From positions 1 through 62,901 of the forward strand of contig NW_021833089.1 in assembly GCF_006345805.1 (NCBI RefSeq): a DNA stretch of 62,901 bases. The letters run 5' to 3'. Under the pieces are notes generated by a model that was not told where the DNA came from, searched no databases, and was given only the letters and a program-made list of their open reading frames with translations. The DNA comes from Octopus sinensis. Taxonomy: Eukaryota. Shown piece by piece: positions 49,512 to 62,049 of the stretch. Position numbers and translations under genes: made by a program. Position 1 is the stretch's first letter. Each line of letters begins with the position of its first letter.

Positions 49512-51055
49512 GATGTATTAAACTGATGCTTAATAAAACTACTTTCAAGTATTTACAAATTCGTTTCGCTTTGGGATACCCATGTTTAATTTTATACAAT
49601 CTCGGCGTCACACTTTCTTTTCGTTTTCCGTTACTTCTACGTCCCTGGAACGAAAGGCAACCTATTTCATTATTTAACTGTTTTAAAAATTGACTTATCA
49701 TTAATAGTATTAAATAATATTTTCATTTTCCGAAACATTTTCTTCACATGAATATGTTCTCTAATAGTAATGAATTATTTAGTAAAGCGAGTCCCACCTT
49801 TTTACATTTCTGGTTTTTACGTTCCAATTGTAATAATTCAGAACATAGTCAAATTCTCCCGCATGTCACACCCTGTTATTTAAAAGGTGCATTGGATAAT
49901 GTAGTCGTGTATTTGGATCATGAGGTTGCTGGATCAGAACCGACCTGGAGCTAAAAACAATTACAAGTGGTAAACTTATGTGTGTTAATGTTTATGTACT
50001 CTTGCTGTTCAACATGCTAGAAATAACAGCTTCATTTATCTTCAATACATATATTTTCGTCGTTAAGGTTAGTCCTATTTGGCTTAAAAAAAAAAAAAAA
50101 GATGGAAAGGTCACTGTTGACTCTTACAAAAGACTAGATGGTTACATTTGAATCCCTAATCATGGTTGAAACACTTAATAAATGACGAGCATTTGGTAAA
50201 AGACATGTCGGATCTTTTCAGTTTGAACGGCAGTTTTTTAAAATAATTTCCACGTAACTAAACACTTTTAAACTTCGTATACTGGTTGAATGTGTTTATA
50301 AAACATCTTTTTCTCTTGGCTTTATTGAGAAGATTCAATGGTTTGTAAGATATTTGTTGTTGTTTTTTCTTCAATTTCAACCAATCAATGACGTCTATTG
50401 AGGTAAAAAAATTCTGTGCCCTATGAATATGTCCTTCGTTTAAGAAACAGGTTGGGTTTATTTACATTTGTGAAGAAAAAAAGATACCCTTACCCCCACC
50501 CCTAACACTAAAACATTGAAATGCAATAGATCGATAGTAGGGTCATAATTGTGGGTGACAATTGTTTTTCAGTCGCTAAAGTAAAGTATACCCAAAATTA
50601 GATGACTGGTCTTATTGTCCAGAGAGCCAGCAGTGAATGATGGAATTGATAAAGCTTCGAACACTATACCTTACGCCGTATTCAAATCCCGATGAAGGTT
50701 AAAAAGCATTTCTCCTGCGGATAGGCGAATTAATCAGTATTGCAATAATCTGCAAGTCGAAATAAAAATACGGGAGTGTGTTACCAGTTAATGAAATGTA
50801 TTTATCTGTATTGTACTGATCCACTGGATTGTAATAAATAATGATATTCCATTTTTAACAATCGAGAGGCCCTCAGTGTGGTTAATCGATGTGCTAGATA
50901 TAACAGCGAATACTGCATAATCTACCATGCGTAAATTAGCAGGGACACTAGTAAACAAATTCAAAAGCAACGAACAACTTAGTTATAGGTTTACCTGGGT
51001 TATCATCTCTGCAACTTACAAATAAAATTACAATCTATTATTACATTGATTTCTA

Positions 51056-51196
51056 CACCTCCGTAGAGGTGCGCAAAAATTGCGCACAGCACCCTCGTGG
51101 GATGCCATACGCGGGGTATTGGGAATAGTTTTCAACTAGCAATAACCACGCCTCGGATTTACCTCATTGGCCATGGTACCGCCTCTGCGCAAAGCT
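51056..51196 (-). ncRNA. U4: U4 snRNA, second (canonical-looking) isoform, 141 nt
   Basis: First ~87 nt identical to the array copies; then GCGTATGGCATCC-CACGA-GGGTGCTGTGCGC stem-loop, canonical Sm site AATTTTTG, terminal CACCTC-TACG-GAGGTG. Confidence 0.96.
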
Positions 51197-51247
51197 ACCG
51201 ATACAGTGAAATTGACATATATTTAGCCTTATACTAAAATGTATTAT

Positions 51248-51271
51248 TCACTGGCGTTAGCTATCAGCTTT
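51248..51271 (-). promoter_or_regulatory. Putative PSE of U4 copy 8
   Basis: AAAGCTGATAGCTAACGCCAGTGA at -75..-52, positionally and sequence-similar to the array PSE candidate. Confidence 0.55.
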
Positions 51272-52604
51272 TTGTTTATTATTAATTGCCATCAATTGTT
51301 TGCTAAAATATTAATATTTTTTCAATTATAAATTTTTATTTCCAATAGTTTTGTCTTATGCAACAATATTTTACTGTTATTAAAGAACACTTTCATAATC
51401 ATTTACAGAAATTAATCACCACCAACCCATTTTTTGAGACCATTAAGTGGGATGAAGGGGAGAGAAGAGGAAGTTAAAAGGGGCTAACTTCCTGTTGTTT
51501 ATAAGTTCTAACAAAATATTAGCCTTTAATTACAAGAGGAAAATGTATAAAGAATAACCGCTTGACACTGCTAAGAATAAATTAAAACTACATATATATA
51601 TATAAGTATTTATGATTTTGTTAACGTACTTTACAGAAATTGATAAACTTATGTTTTAACATTCGATCGCCGGTGACATAGGTCATGAGCGAAATGTCAA
51701 TTTAATTTAGTGGAACTAAAGAAGAATGTTTATACACATATTTAAGAAATAGTAAGAGAAATACATTTTTAGAAATTTAATATTGTCGTTCAGCCGGAAC
51801 CGCTCAGAATTTCGAGAACTTATATTATAGAAGGGAGAGAACTCTTGTTAGGAAAACAATTTCGTTAAACTTAAAAGACGTGTTTTGTTTTGTAACCCGG
51901 ATCAGCTCTGGTCGAAAAGACTTCTAATCGAGAACATTCTTCTGAACCCATAATGTTTCTTTTTAATGTTATTTTTTCGCGCCTGTGTTTTTAGGACTAG
52001 ACGTTATTGGAGTTTAACGTACCAGTTTCACTTTTTCAAACATTAGTGTCAGTTTTTTTAGTGTAAGAGGAAGATATTTTCCTTGCGGCGAAAAAAACTT
52101 TTATTTTTTTACATAAGTAATGAGAGCGAAAGAGACTAAGAGGAAGCGATTTTATGACGAGGAAATTTCTCTTTGAAGTCCCCGTGTGTGTGTTTGATGG
52201 GGTGTGGGAGACAGACAGTATGTTGTGTAAGTGAAGTGCTTCTGTTAGTGTGTGCGAAGAGACAGAGAGAGTAATGTGTGAAAGAGAGAGATAACTGAAA
52301 TTTTTTACTCGGTGTATGTGTATATGTATGTCTGCATGTATGTGTATGTGTATGTATCTATGTGTGTGTGTGTGTATGTATGTGTGTGTGTATGTATCTA
52401 TGTATGTGTGTATGTATGTATGGACGATTCAGTGTTTACATTTTTTACGGAAACGTGTGTTACGACAAGCGAAACATCGCCAAATAAATAAAAGAAATTA
52501 TTGGTCAGTGCTTGACCAACGTATTTACAAAAAATCTTGGCATAACTAGATGTGTAGTCTCTCCCCCACAACTATTTTGCCTCATAACGTCCAGGAAAAC
52601 GGAT

Positions 52605-54068
52605 ACTTTTTAACGACATTTAAAACAAATACCACTTAGATGCTGTGGATTCAGAGTATATAGCTATTTATTGGAAATAATTTTTCCGAAAGGGTGAGGA
52701 GAAGAAAATTCACACGCTCTGGCTCATAACTTTCAGGAAAACGGTTATCTTTTAATGAAATTTTATACAAATACCTTTCAAACGGCATAGATTACAATTA
52801 TAAAGAAATTTGTGAGGAATTTTTTTCCGAGGGGATGAGGAGATGAGTTTCGGATCAGGAAGACCAAATAGGTTGGAACTTTTTCCCCCATTTTTTATTT
52901 AACCACACCATTCGAAATGATGGGTGGGGGAATATCTTTTTATGAAAAAAAAAGTTTTGAATTTTTTTTTTTTTTTTTACAATTCCCCCACCCTCATCCT
53001 CATCATCCCACTCCGGATTGATTTTGGCCAGCTATTTTGCACTTAAAAGCCATGGGAGGAGTCTTTTCGATAAAAAAAAACATTAAAAAAATTAATATTT
53101 TCAGAGGAAAAGCTATTTAAAGGAGATTTGGCTGTTGTTTCTAACACATCTCAGACAACCCCCCACCTCGCTTTAAATGCTATAAAAAAAAAAGAATTTT
53201 TTGCAACCCCCACTTCTTGCCTGTCATTGTTTCTGCTTATAATTTAAAATATTGTAGAGACTGAGAAGGTTATTACTGGTATTTATCCATAGTGATTTTT
53301 AAAAAAGAGGTATGTAAACGATAATTCATATTAATAGCACACTCTTCTGTTAGGAAATGTTCTTTCGGATCTTTTCAATTTGATGGTCAGAAGATCCTTT
53401 TTTTTTTCTTACGCATACACACAGCTTCGCTTGATTGAGGTGGGGGTAAAAATTTAAATTACAATTTTTTGTTGTTGTTGTTGTTGTTGCTTATATCCCA
53501 CCAATGGACCATGCATTTGTTAACTTGGGCATCATCATTCCATAAAATATGTTTAATAGGAGAAAAATATTTGAAAAACATCAATACATTTGAGAGGTGA
53601 AAACGGAGGGTAGTTTGGGATGTGCTAGAAGGTTTTTAATTTTTAAAAAATGGCCAAAGTCGGTCTGGAATGGACTGGTGAAGAATGGAGGTGAAAAAAT
53701 TTTCAAAACTTTTTTTCATAAAAAGATGCTTCCCCCCGACCATTTCGAAGGCTGTGAGGAAATAAAAAACAGTGTAGTTCCAACTTAATTGGTCATCCTA
53801 ATCCGAAACTCCTCTCCTCACACCTTCGGAAAAAATTTTCTCCACACATTTCTTTATAATCGTAATCTATGCCGTTTGAAAGGTATTTGTATAAAATTTC
53901 ATTTAAATATAACCATTTTCCTGAAGGTTATGCGGGAGAAAAGTTGGATTGTGTGAATTGTCCGAAACTCTTTTCCCCACTCCTCAGAAAAATTCTTTCC
54001 CATAAATCCTTATATACTTTGAATCTACAGCATCTAAGTGGCCTTTGTTGAAAATGACGTTAAAAAAT
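52605..54068. repeat. Large imperfect inverted repeat (foldback/MITE-like), ~300-bp arms
   Basis: ~52605-52885 is the reverse complement of ~53770-54068 (e.g. CACTTAGATGCTGTGGATTCAGAGTATATA vs TATATACTTTGAATCTACAGCATCTAAGTG; ATACAAATACCTTTCAAACGGCATAGATTAC vs GTAATCTATGCCGTTTGAAAGGTATTTGTAT). Confidence 0.8.
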
Positions 54069-54332
54069 ATCTCTATATCTATAAATGGCAAAATGTCTGT
54101 ATTTTGATTGGACGGAGATAATTTTACACCTGACAGCTGGATGTACTTGTGCATTTGCAGACAGTCTGTATGACTGCGCATTTTTGTGTTTTGCGAAGAA
54201 GTGTTGTTATCATGTGTTTTGGCTTTCAAACGTGCATGCTTTTTTGATTTGAGAAATACAGGGAATAATTAACGAGTTAGGCCAAGTGAATGACGAGAGA
54301 GAGGGATTTTCATGAAAGACCAAATATGCTTG

Positions 54333-54372
54333 ACTAGCACTAGACCCGACAGCGCCGGGTCATAGTGCTAGT
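54333..54372. repeat. 40-nt palindrome resembling Helitron 3' ends on both strands
   Basis: ACTAGCACTAGACCCG-ACAGCGC-CGGGTCATAGTGCTAGT; ends in CTAG|T on either strand. Confidence 0.6.
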
Positions 54373-56847
54373 CTTATATATCTAGGACTGCATTCTCCAG
54401 TACATCCTGTTTTTGAAGGCAATATGGTGTGAATTGAAAGAAATTTGAGTGTTATTTCTAGACAGTAGAGCTGCCCCTCATTTTTTGTTGCCTTTGTTGT
54501 TGGGTAGCCCTTATTACCTCTTCTGGATTTCAAATGTTTGAAGGTAGCTATTCAAAAAGAAAACAAATACATTCATATGATGTTTTCTAATTATCCTATG
54601 TTTATTAAGTTTATTAAGAGCTTATATGTTATAGCATTTAGAGTTTCAAATGTAATCTCCTATTTTAAAGACAGTAAGGAGCTTGTTGATAAGAAATTTT
54701 TGTGGGTGCCACTTCATACATGGTAAACAAATAAATAGAAGTTCTCTTGTTAAATTGTGCATCACTAAATTTGGTTAGGCTTAACTTTGAATGACATTTG
54801 TTTAAACATCATCTAGTTTAACACCATAATGCAATCATTGCATGCATTTAGCAGACTTCATTCTGTAGCAAGCATTCAGAATAATGCAATTATCATAGCT
54901 CCCTTTCAAGCCCCCTTTTTTTTTTTCCAGCAGATATCAACTCTCAGATGGTTGACTTGTGCATTATCTGCATCAATCTTACCATTCCAGTCAAAGGCAT
55001 TGCTAACATTAGTTAATTTCTAGTTATTTTTTCATGTAGACTTATTCTATCACCCAGTTTAACACCATTTTCTAGAACTACAGTAGATGGCTTTAGCAAA
55101 ATCTATTCTGTAGTCAGCATTTGTGCCAGGTCTTAAATTTGAGAATACCTTCTTCTCCATTCCCATCAGTTTTGGAGGCCCTGCAAAGGGTCATGGACGC
55201 TGCCGTTTCTTCTGATTAAAATATATATTTAAAAAATGTCCTTTTATTTTTCTGCTGAGATCAACTTTGTTTCATCCTTTTAGAGTTAGTAAAATAAGTA
55301 ACAATCAAGTATTTGAATAAACTAAATTACCTATACCCTCCCTTTAAAATTTAGGGCCTTGTGTCTATGTTAAAAATCAATATTAATTATTTCTAAATTA
55401 GAAATCTGTACATCTGTGTAAATTTCCAATAACATTGTTCTTCCTTCCAAGTTAAAACCAATTTGTATCTCTTAAATAACCAACACACTTGGCAAATCCA
55501 TGGACATCTCAAATTCCCAATTTCCCCCTGTTAACCCTTTGCCTGTTCAAAGCATTTTCATAAGTTTGTCTTAAATGTCCATGCTTGTTTTCGGACTTTT
55601 AGTTAACCTTTATTTCATATGTTGTAGGTAATATAAAGATCTCCTTTCATAAGTCCTCAGTTACTCTGATGATCAATAAATTGTGAATATGTATCATATA
55701 TGATGCAGAGACACCAGGAAAGTATTTCCTGTGTATCACATGTGATATACAGGACAGGCAAAAGGTTAAAAGTCTACAGAAACAATTTTTATTCATAAAA
55801 CTCTGAATTCTTAAAAAATCCGAATTATGTCGGACATGTTTGGAGAAAGGGGGGTTGTCAAATTAATAGCATTAATAATTTTATATCAAAACTTTCCATT
55901 TGTCAGCACAGTATCTTTATGTGTGTGCATGCTCACACTTGAATGGGACACATAATATCAAAATAGTTATCTATCCTGATATTTCTCAGCTGTTCTTTCT
56001 TCTTTAGCTTGCTAAGTGTCATTAGTCACTCACTGTAATTTATATTGTGTAAGAGATATTAACATTGAATTGTTGTCACACTTTTCTGAAAGTGTTGTCT
56101 TATTTTTTGCATGTGTGTGTGTGTGATCATCATCATTTAACATTTGTTTTCCATGCTGGCATGGCTTAGGCGGTTTGACTAAAACTGTTAAGCCAGAGAT
56201 AGTGGCGGCTCATGTATTGGCACTGTGCAACTGCAGCACCCCCTATTTCCATTCAATATTTTCGATAACATTCAATATAATGAGTCCTTTTTTCTTTAAT
56301 TCTTTCTTTATACTTGTACATTATATAACCCTTAAGCTTAATGTTAGTAGCCATCCCCTAGTTTATGAAAAAAATACAAAAATCCTTGTATAGAACTGTG
56401 CATTTCACAATTCCAGTGACATGGTGTTTGGCTGTTGTGCACATGTTCACATGTCTGAGATAAGAAGCTTCATGCTAGGGAGAGAGAGCACTGCATGAAC
56501 AACAGTACTGACCCCATGTGTGTTATGCTTAAAAATGTGTTCATATTCTTGAATATAATAATGTGTAGGATTAGATTATTATCCTACTTCCTGCTTCAGT
56601 GTTGCTGCCAGGATTTAAAAAATAGGGCACATTTCCCCACTTTATTTTGTGATTTAGAGGGGATTTTTGAAAAACAAGTGGGAATTTGTAGTGGTGTTCA
56701 GTGAACAAATTAAATACACTACTCAGCAGTGGCTAAAATGCGGACAGATCAAGTTTATGTATAAATTTTCTTTTTATATGTTTGTTTCTTTTTACACAAT
56801 ATCAAAACAGTGGCTTAAAATTTTCTGAAGCAGCACCCCTACTAATT

Positions 56848-57040
56848 TTACCTACAAGCAACACCTTTATCTTTGTAGCAGTAGTCTATGGTGCTGTTAT
56901 GCCAGTCATTGGGTATGACTCCATCATGAACTAACTGTTTTACAATATGGGTGACTAGGCCATAGCCCACACCACCAGATGTTTTAAGCATCTCAGCGAT
57001 GATTCCTGATGGGCCAGGGGCTTTTCCTGGCTTCATATCC
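56848..57040 (-). mobile_element. RTE LINE reverse transcriptase fragment
   Basis: MKPGKAPGPSGIIAEMLK.SG..G...VT.IV...V..GVIP.DW..S....YK.KG. Confidence 0.85.
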
Positions 57041-58360
57041 TCAAGTCCTATACAATAATAATATTTTATAGAGCTTGAGATGTTTGCCTTGCCTGAATGT
57101 TTGTTGTCCTCTTTAACAACTATTTATATATCATTAGCAAATCATACATCCAAAAGAAAAGCACACTAAGTTAGAGAGCAGTAGAGTAGTCAGATGAAGA
57201 TAATTATGGCTGGTCTATGGTGTTACCTAGGATTTCATGTCCATAAAGTGTTTAAGCCCTGAGCCAATCAAAACCTTGTGAATGAATTTGAGAATTGGAA
57301 ACTGAAAGAAGCCTGTTGTATATATATATATATACAACAGGTTTCTTTCAGTTTGTATGTATGTAAGCAGTGAATGGTAACCACAGGTGAGGGCATGGTC
57401 AATGGTAAATATCAATATTTAGGGTGAAGGTGAAGGAAATAGAAGAGGGTTAGAGAAGAGGAGTTGATAGATGGCAATGCATAAAAAGGAGCTGGAGAGC
57501 AACGGTGTAATAAAATGTAGACAGATGAGAAATAATGGGATAATGTGAAATGCATGTAGTGAGGAGGGATGCACAGTGATTGAGACAGAGGTCAGAGGTA
57601 TGTAGGGTTGAAAATAATGAATGATGAACATAGATGGGAGTGGTATCAGTAGTAGATATGACAATGTACTGAGGAAATGAGGAAATATAACTCTGCATAG
57701 AAACAAGTTAGGGTTAGTGACAGAAAAGTTATCCAGCTCTAGAAAATTTGCCTCAATGAACTCCATCTGACCCATACAAGCATGGAAAAGTGGACATAAA
57801 ACAATGATGATGTAGTAGTTCAATTCATGTTAATGATCACAACCAGACAAAGACCATAAAGTCTAGATTTTAAGAGAAAATTTACTTAGAAAATTGAAGG
57901 TATTTATAATGATTTTTTTCCCCTAACTTTCATGTGGAAAAAGTCTTTTCACATTTTGATTCTGTTTCTCTTTAATCCTCTTTTAAAACTCTTGTATAAT
58001 TACAAATGTATCTACAGTTCTTAGTTGTTTCTGAAACACTAAGGTAGTGGGTAACCAACTGAGAAGTCAACTGTTTATTTCATATTATTGGTGTTGTCTA
58101 TGGTCAAACTGATAGGTTACTGGACAACCAATTGTGAGGTCAGTGGTTTATACTAGTCTCCCTGTGTTGTGTTTGTGGTTAATGCTTAAACAGTTGAAAG
58201 GTCAAACAAATTGAGCTCAGTACTTATGTTTTCCAAAGCCTTGTACTTATTCTATCAGTGACTTTTTGCCAAACCTCCAAGTCACAAGGATTTAAAAACA
58301 AACCAAGTGGTAGTGTGGAATAAACACAAAGACACACACGCACACAGATATCCATATTCA

Positions 58361-59161
58361 TCTCTCGATATATAAACGGCAGTTTGTCTGTCTGTGTGTC
58401 TGTCAGGTTGTGCCCTCACCCTGACCACGGCTTTCAACCGATTCTGATGAAACTTGACACACACATAGCCCAATGTCATAATTCAAAACTAACGCAGCGA
58501 AAATTTTGAAAAGTTCCCCCAGTTCTGAAAAAAAATCGATAAATTCGACATGGGTCGAGAATCTAAGCTTTTTATAAGCAACACATTTTCTACAGACTGT
58601 CTAGGGGACGCAACTCGACCTTTTTAACTCTCGGAACATGTGGGGTAAGTATCCCAAAATGTATAAAAATGTACAAAAACGGCAAAAAAGCGGGCAGCAA
58701 TGTGAGTGACAACAACGAAAAAGTCAAAAGTGACCAAACTGAACAAACGAATAGAAAAGGTTTTTTGGTGCACACGACAAAAGCGGTTTATAATAAACCA
58801 AGAATTTGCAAGTAGCATCCGAGGACCCTTAGGGTACGTCAAAAATTTAAGGTAAAACGTTTGGGATGGTAGTTATAAAGAAAGTTTAAACAAAAAGAGT
58901 ATTCGAATAACTTGCAGCTGCAGCAGCTATTAGCAGAAGTGTTGGGGGTAAAGTCTCGAATGTAATTTCTTCCTGGTAGGAATTGATTGGGTTGAATTAT
59001 AGTTATTTTGATAGCTGTTTGATAGTTATTTGGGAGTGAAGAGAAGATATTGCAACCTACACATGTGCCTTCGTTCCCTAGAGGGAAAGGACTAGATTGG
59101 GATTATTCATTGCCTACTAGGGGCTCTTACATATCCGGGCAACACCAGGCTATGCTGCTAG
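58361..59161 (+). mobile_element. Non-autonomous Helitron
   Basis: A|TC..TATATAAA 5' end, GGGCAACACCAGG hairpin remnant, CTAG|T 3' end, no TSD, CpG-richer than flanks. Confidence 0.7.
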
Positions 59162-60691
59162 TATATATATATATTCACACACTCAACAGGCTACTTTCAG
59201 TTTCCATCTACCAAATCCACTCACAAGGCTTTAGTTAGACTGGGGTTATAGAAGAAGACACCTGTCCAAAGTGGCATGCAGTGGGACTGAACCAAGAAGC
59301 ATGTGGTTGGAAAGCAAACTGCTTACTACACAACCATGCTGCATGTGTGTGTGTGTGTGTTTGTATGTATACATTTTTAAGCCACTGTAGCCAACCTAAC
59401 AAATAGCCTATTTTAAGTTTAGGTCTATATGAGCAATCTTACTATAATGATGATAGCTTTTCCTTGGGGGAAAGTAAAAGCTTAGCTTTTACTGCTGCAG
59501 GTACAAAACAACTACTGCTGCTGTAAAGCTGTTGGATATTACTTATGTAATTGGAGATAATGAATGACGTAAAAGAGTTGTTATTATTGCTGCTACTACT
59601 ATTACAGCTAATCTATAGGCACATCAATCCTTAACCAAAAAATTATTTTCATTGGTTGGTTTCCTGGTTATTTTTATTTCATTCTTTGGTCTAAGGAAGA
59701 AGAACCTGGATCATAACCATTTCAGGCTTTCTTAGACTGTGAAGTAATTGTTGTTATTTAGACCCAGAGTAATTCTGAGTTAGCAAATATGTGATCAAAA
59801 TCATTCTAGTTGTGACCATCCAATCTTTTTTATAGGAATAATGTATCCTTATCTTTTTTATCTACTCCATACATTTGTGAACAACAGCCTTGTTGGCCAT
59901 TTGAGCTGGAAAAAAATTGTGTTATGGAGTTACACTATTTAATGTATTCTTCCTCTTTGAAGATTCAGTGTGATTTGGGGGAAATTTGACTGTTTTTTTC
60001 TAGCAGGTCATGCAACAAAAGAGGTTCCTTGTTGGCTTGTTGTTGATGTTTAGCTCCAGGTGAGCCTTGATCAATTAGTCCTGTAATCAGGAAGATGGAT
60101 ACAGTTGGTGTTCCAACTATAACCATCCTTCTTTTAGTTAGGTATACTGCATATAAGACTTCATTACATATTGCCAGATGTTAACCTTTGACAGAGTGAG
60201 AGTTAAGGGAGATTTAGTTGCTATTTCTAGCAAGTTGAATAAATGCATAGAGACTCTTTTTAACTTTGGAAGTTTAGAGAAAATATAGGCAAGGAGAGTG
60301 CTCGGGAGAAGAATGGTTTAGTGAAATGCTTAGTGCAAAATTTACAGTGAAGAGAAATATGACCTGATAAGAATGATGAGAAGGAGAAAGGCTAGTTGAT
60401 CAGGTGGGCCTAGGCAAGGCCTGATGGACCTTGGCTGTTCACATGTCCAGGTCAGAGGAAGCAAAGCATTTTCACATTGTAATACATCAATAGCTTTTCT
60501 CTTTAGAGCAATAAAATATTGCACTACTAGTTAATTTTGATCTTATGCAAATTTCAAACCTGCATCGGAGTACTGCTTACATATCTGAGATGGTACTGCT
60601 CTCTCTCTCTCTCTCATTCACACACACATACAAAGGTTTTAGATTACATCCAAAAGAAAGCTAACTGATTGACTGGTTAAGATTTACTCAC

Positions 60692-60725
60692 CACAACCAC
60701 TAGACATAGATGTGCTGCATACTTT
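60692..60725 (-). other. Candidate 34-nt mini-exon of an unidentified host gene
   Basis: Near-consensus acceptor (ttgtcttctctgcctgtag|) and donor (|gtgagtaa); two open frames (KYAAHLCLVVV or KVCSTSMSSGC). Confidence 0.3.
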
Positions 60726-61135
60726 CTACAGGCAGAGAAGACAAGTAGGAAATTCTATCTCACAGTGAACTTACATTAATTTTCTGTAGTTGAAATCTTC
60801 AATAACAGAAGAAACTTGAAAAACATTTGATAAAAAGAGAATATTTTGAAAATTAGAATTTGTAAGAACTTTGTAAGCAGCATAGACTTTAATAATTGCT
60901 TTCTTTTAGTAAAAATTACATACTCCAAACTAATTAATAAGCAGCTTTCATACAATACAGCTGCACCAGCTGATGATTGAAAATGCAATAAAACACTGTT
61001 TTTCACACTCAAGTTATTGACAGAAATCAATTAAGTTACTAGATATCAAATACATTTGATTACCCTCAAACATATTAATTACATTCAATTATCAAACATA
61101 GCAATAAACAAACAGTATGTATATATATATGTATT

Positions 61136-61184
<49 letters not shown>

Positions 61185-61425
61185 CCAAACGTGTACGCTG
61201 TTGTTTGTATTTGTAATTGTGTACCATTTCTTCATTTTTTTGTCATTATTTTTGTATACATTCGCTTGCTTTCTACCAAAGAATCTAGTGCTCTTAGCTT
61301 AGATTTTCTTCTTGAGTGTAACTGGCTGAAACTGCAATGACGATCTAGAACTCAACTGAAGATAGTAGGCTCCGAATGACCCGTCCTTGTTTTTCCTGTC
61401 CTTTTTATATTGTCTAACTGTCTGC

Positions 61426-61484
<59 letters not shown>

Positions 61485-61516
61485 TATATATAATATATAT
61501 ATATATATACATACAT

Positions 61517-61585
<69 letters not shown>

Positions 61586-61739
61586 ATACACTTTATAATA
61601 AAAGCTGCAAAAACATCACAAAAAACTGCTATGCAGAGTTTTACGTTTCCGTTCATTGGGCAGTTGTGATCCACTGTGTGTGTGTGTGTATGTACATGTG
61701 TGTGTCTGTATGTATGTATATATCTTTTATATTTTTATC

Positions 61740-61930
61740 TTTTGCTTGTTTCAGTCATTAGACTGCAGCCAAGCTGGGGCACCACCTTGAATTTTTTTTA
61801 GTAGAATGAATTGACCCTGGTACTTATTCTATCGATCTCTTTTGCCGAACTGCTAAGTTATGGGGATGCAAGCACATCAACACTGGTTCACAAGTGGTGA
61901 TGGGGAGACAAACACAGACACAAAGAAACA
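61740..61930. mobile_element. SINE (family of 45336-45558), diverged
   Basis: CTTGTTTCAGTCATTAGACTGC...GGTACTTATTCTATCGATCTCTTTTGCCGAAC core. Confidence 0.75.
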
Positions 61931-62049
61931 CATGTGCACATGTGAGTGTATGCAGGGTGTGTAAGGTATTTGAGGACATACCTTTTTTCATCACTGCAGC
62001 ATTTGTTGCTCGCTATATAATCTATATAATCTTTGTTTCAGAAAATAAT

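Noticed and set aside
54900-55220. Minus-strand coding-looking patch (…VFSNLRPGTNADYRIDFAK…NAFDWNGKIDADNAQ…)
   Set aside because: All frames contain stops and no family was recognised; cannot be called an exon or a transposase.
56416-56507. H/ACA snoRNA-like layout (hairpin, AGATAA, hairpin, ACA)
   Set aside because: Only ~90 nt with a ~30-nt second hairpin and no clear pseudouridylation pockets; likely chance without covariance support.
61056-61761. ORFs rich in YI/IY/CV repeats (also 384-584, 49307-49693, 48982-49272)
   Set aside because: Translations of (TA)n, (TG)n and (AGAT)n microsatellites.
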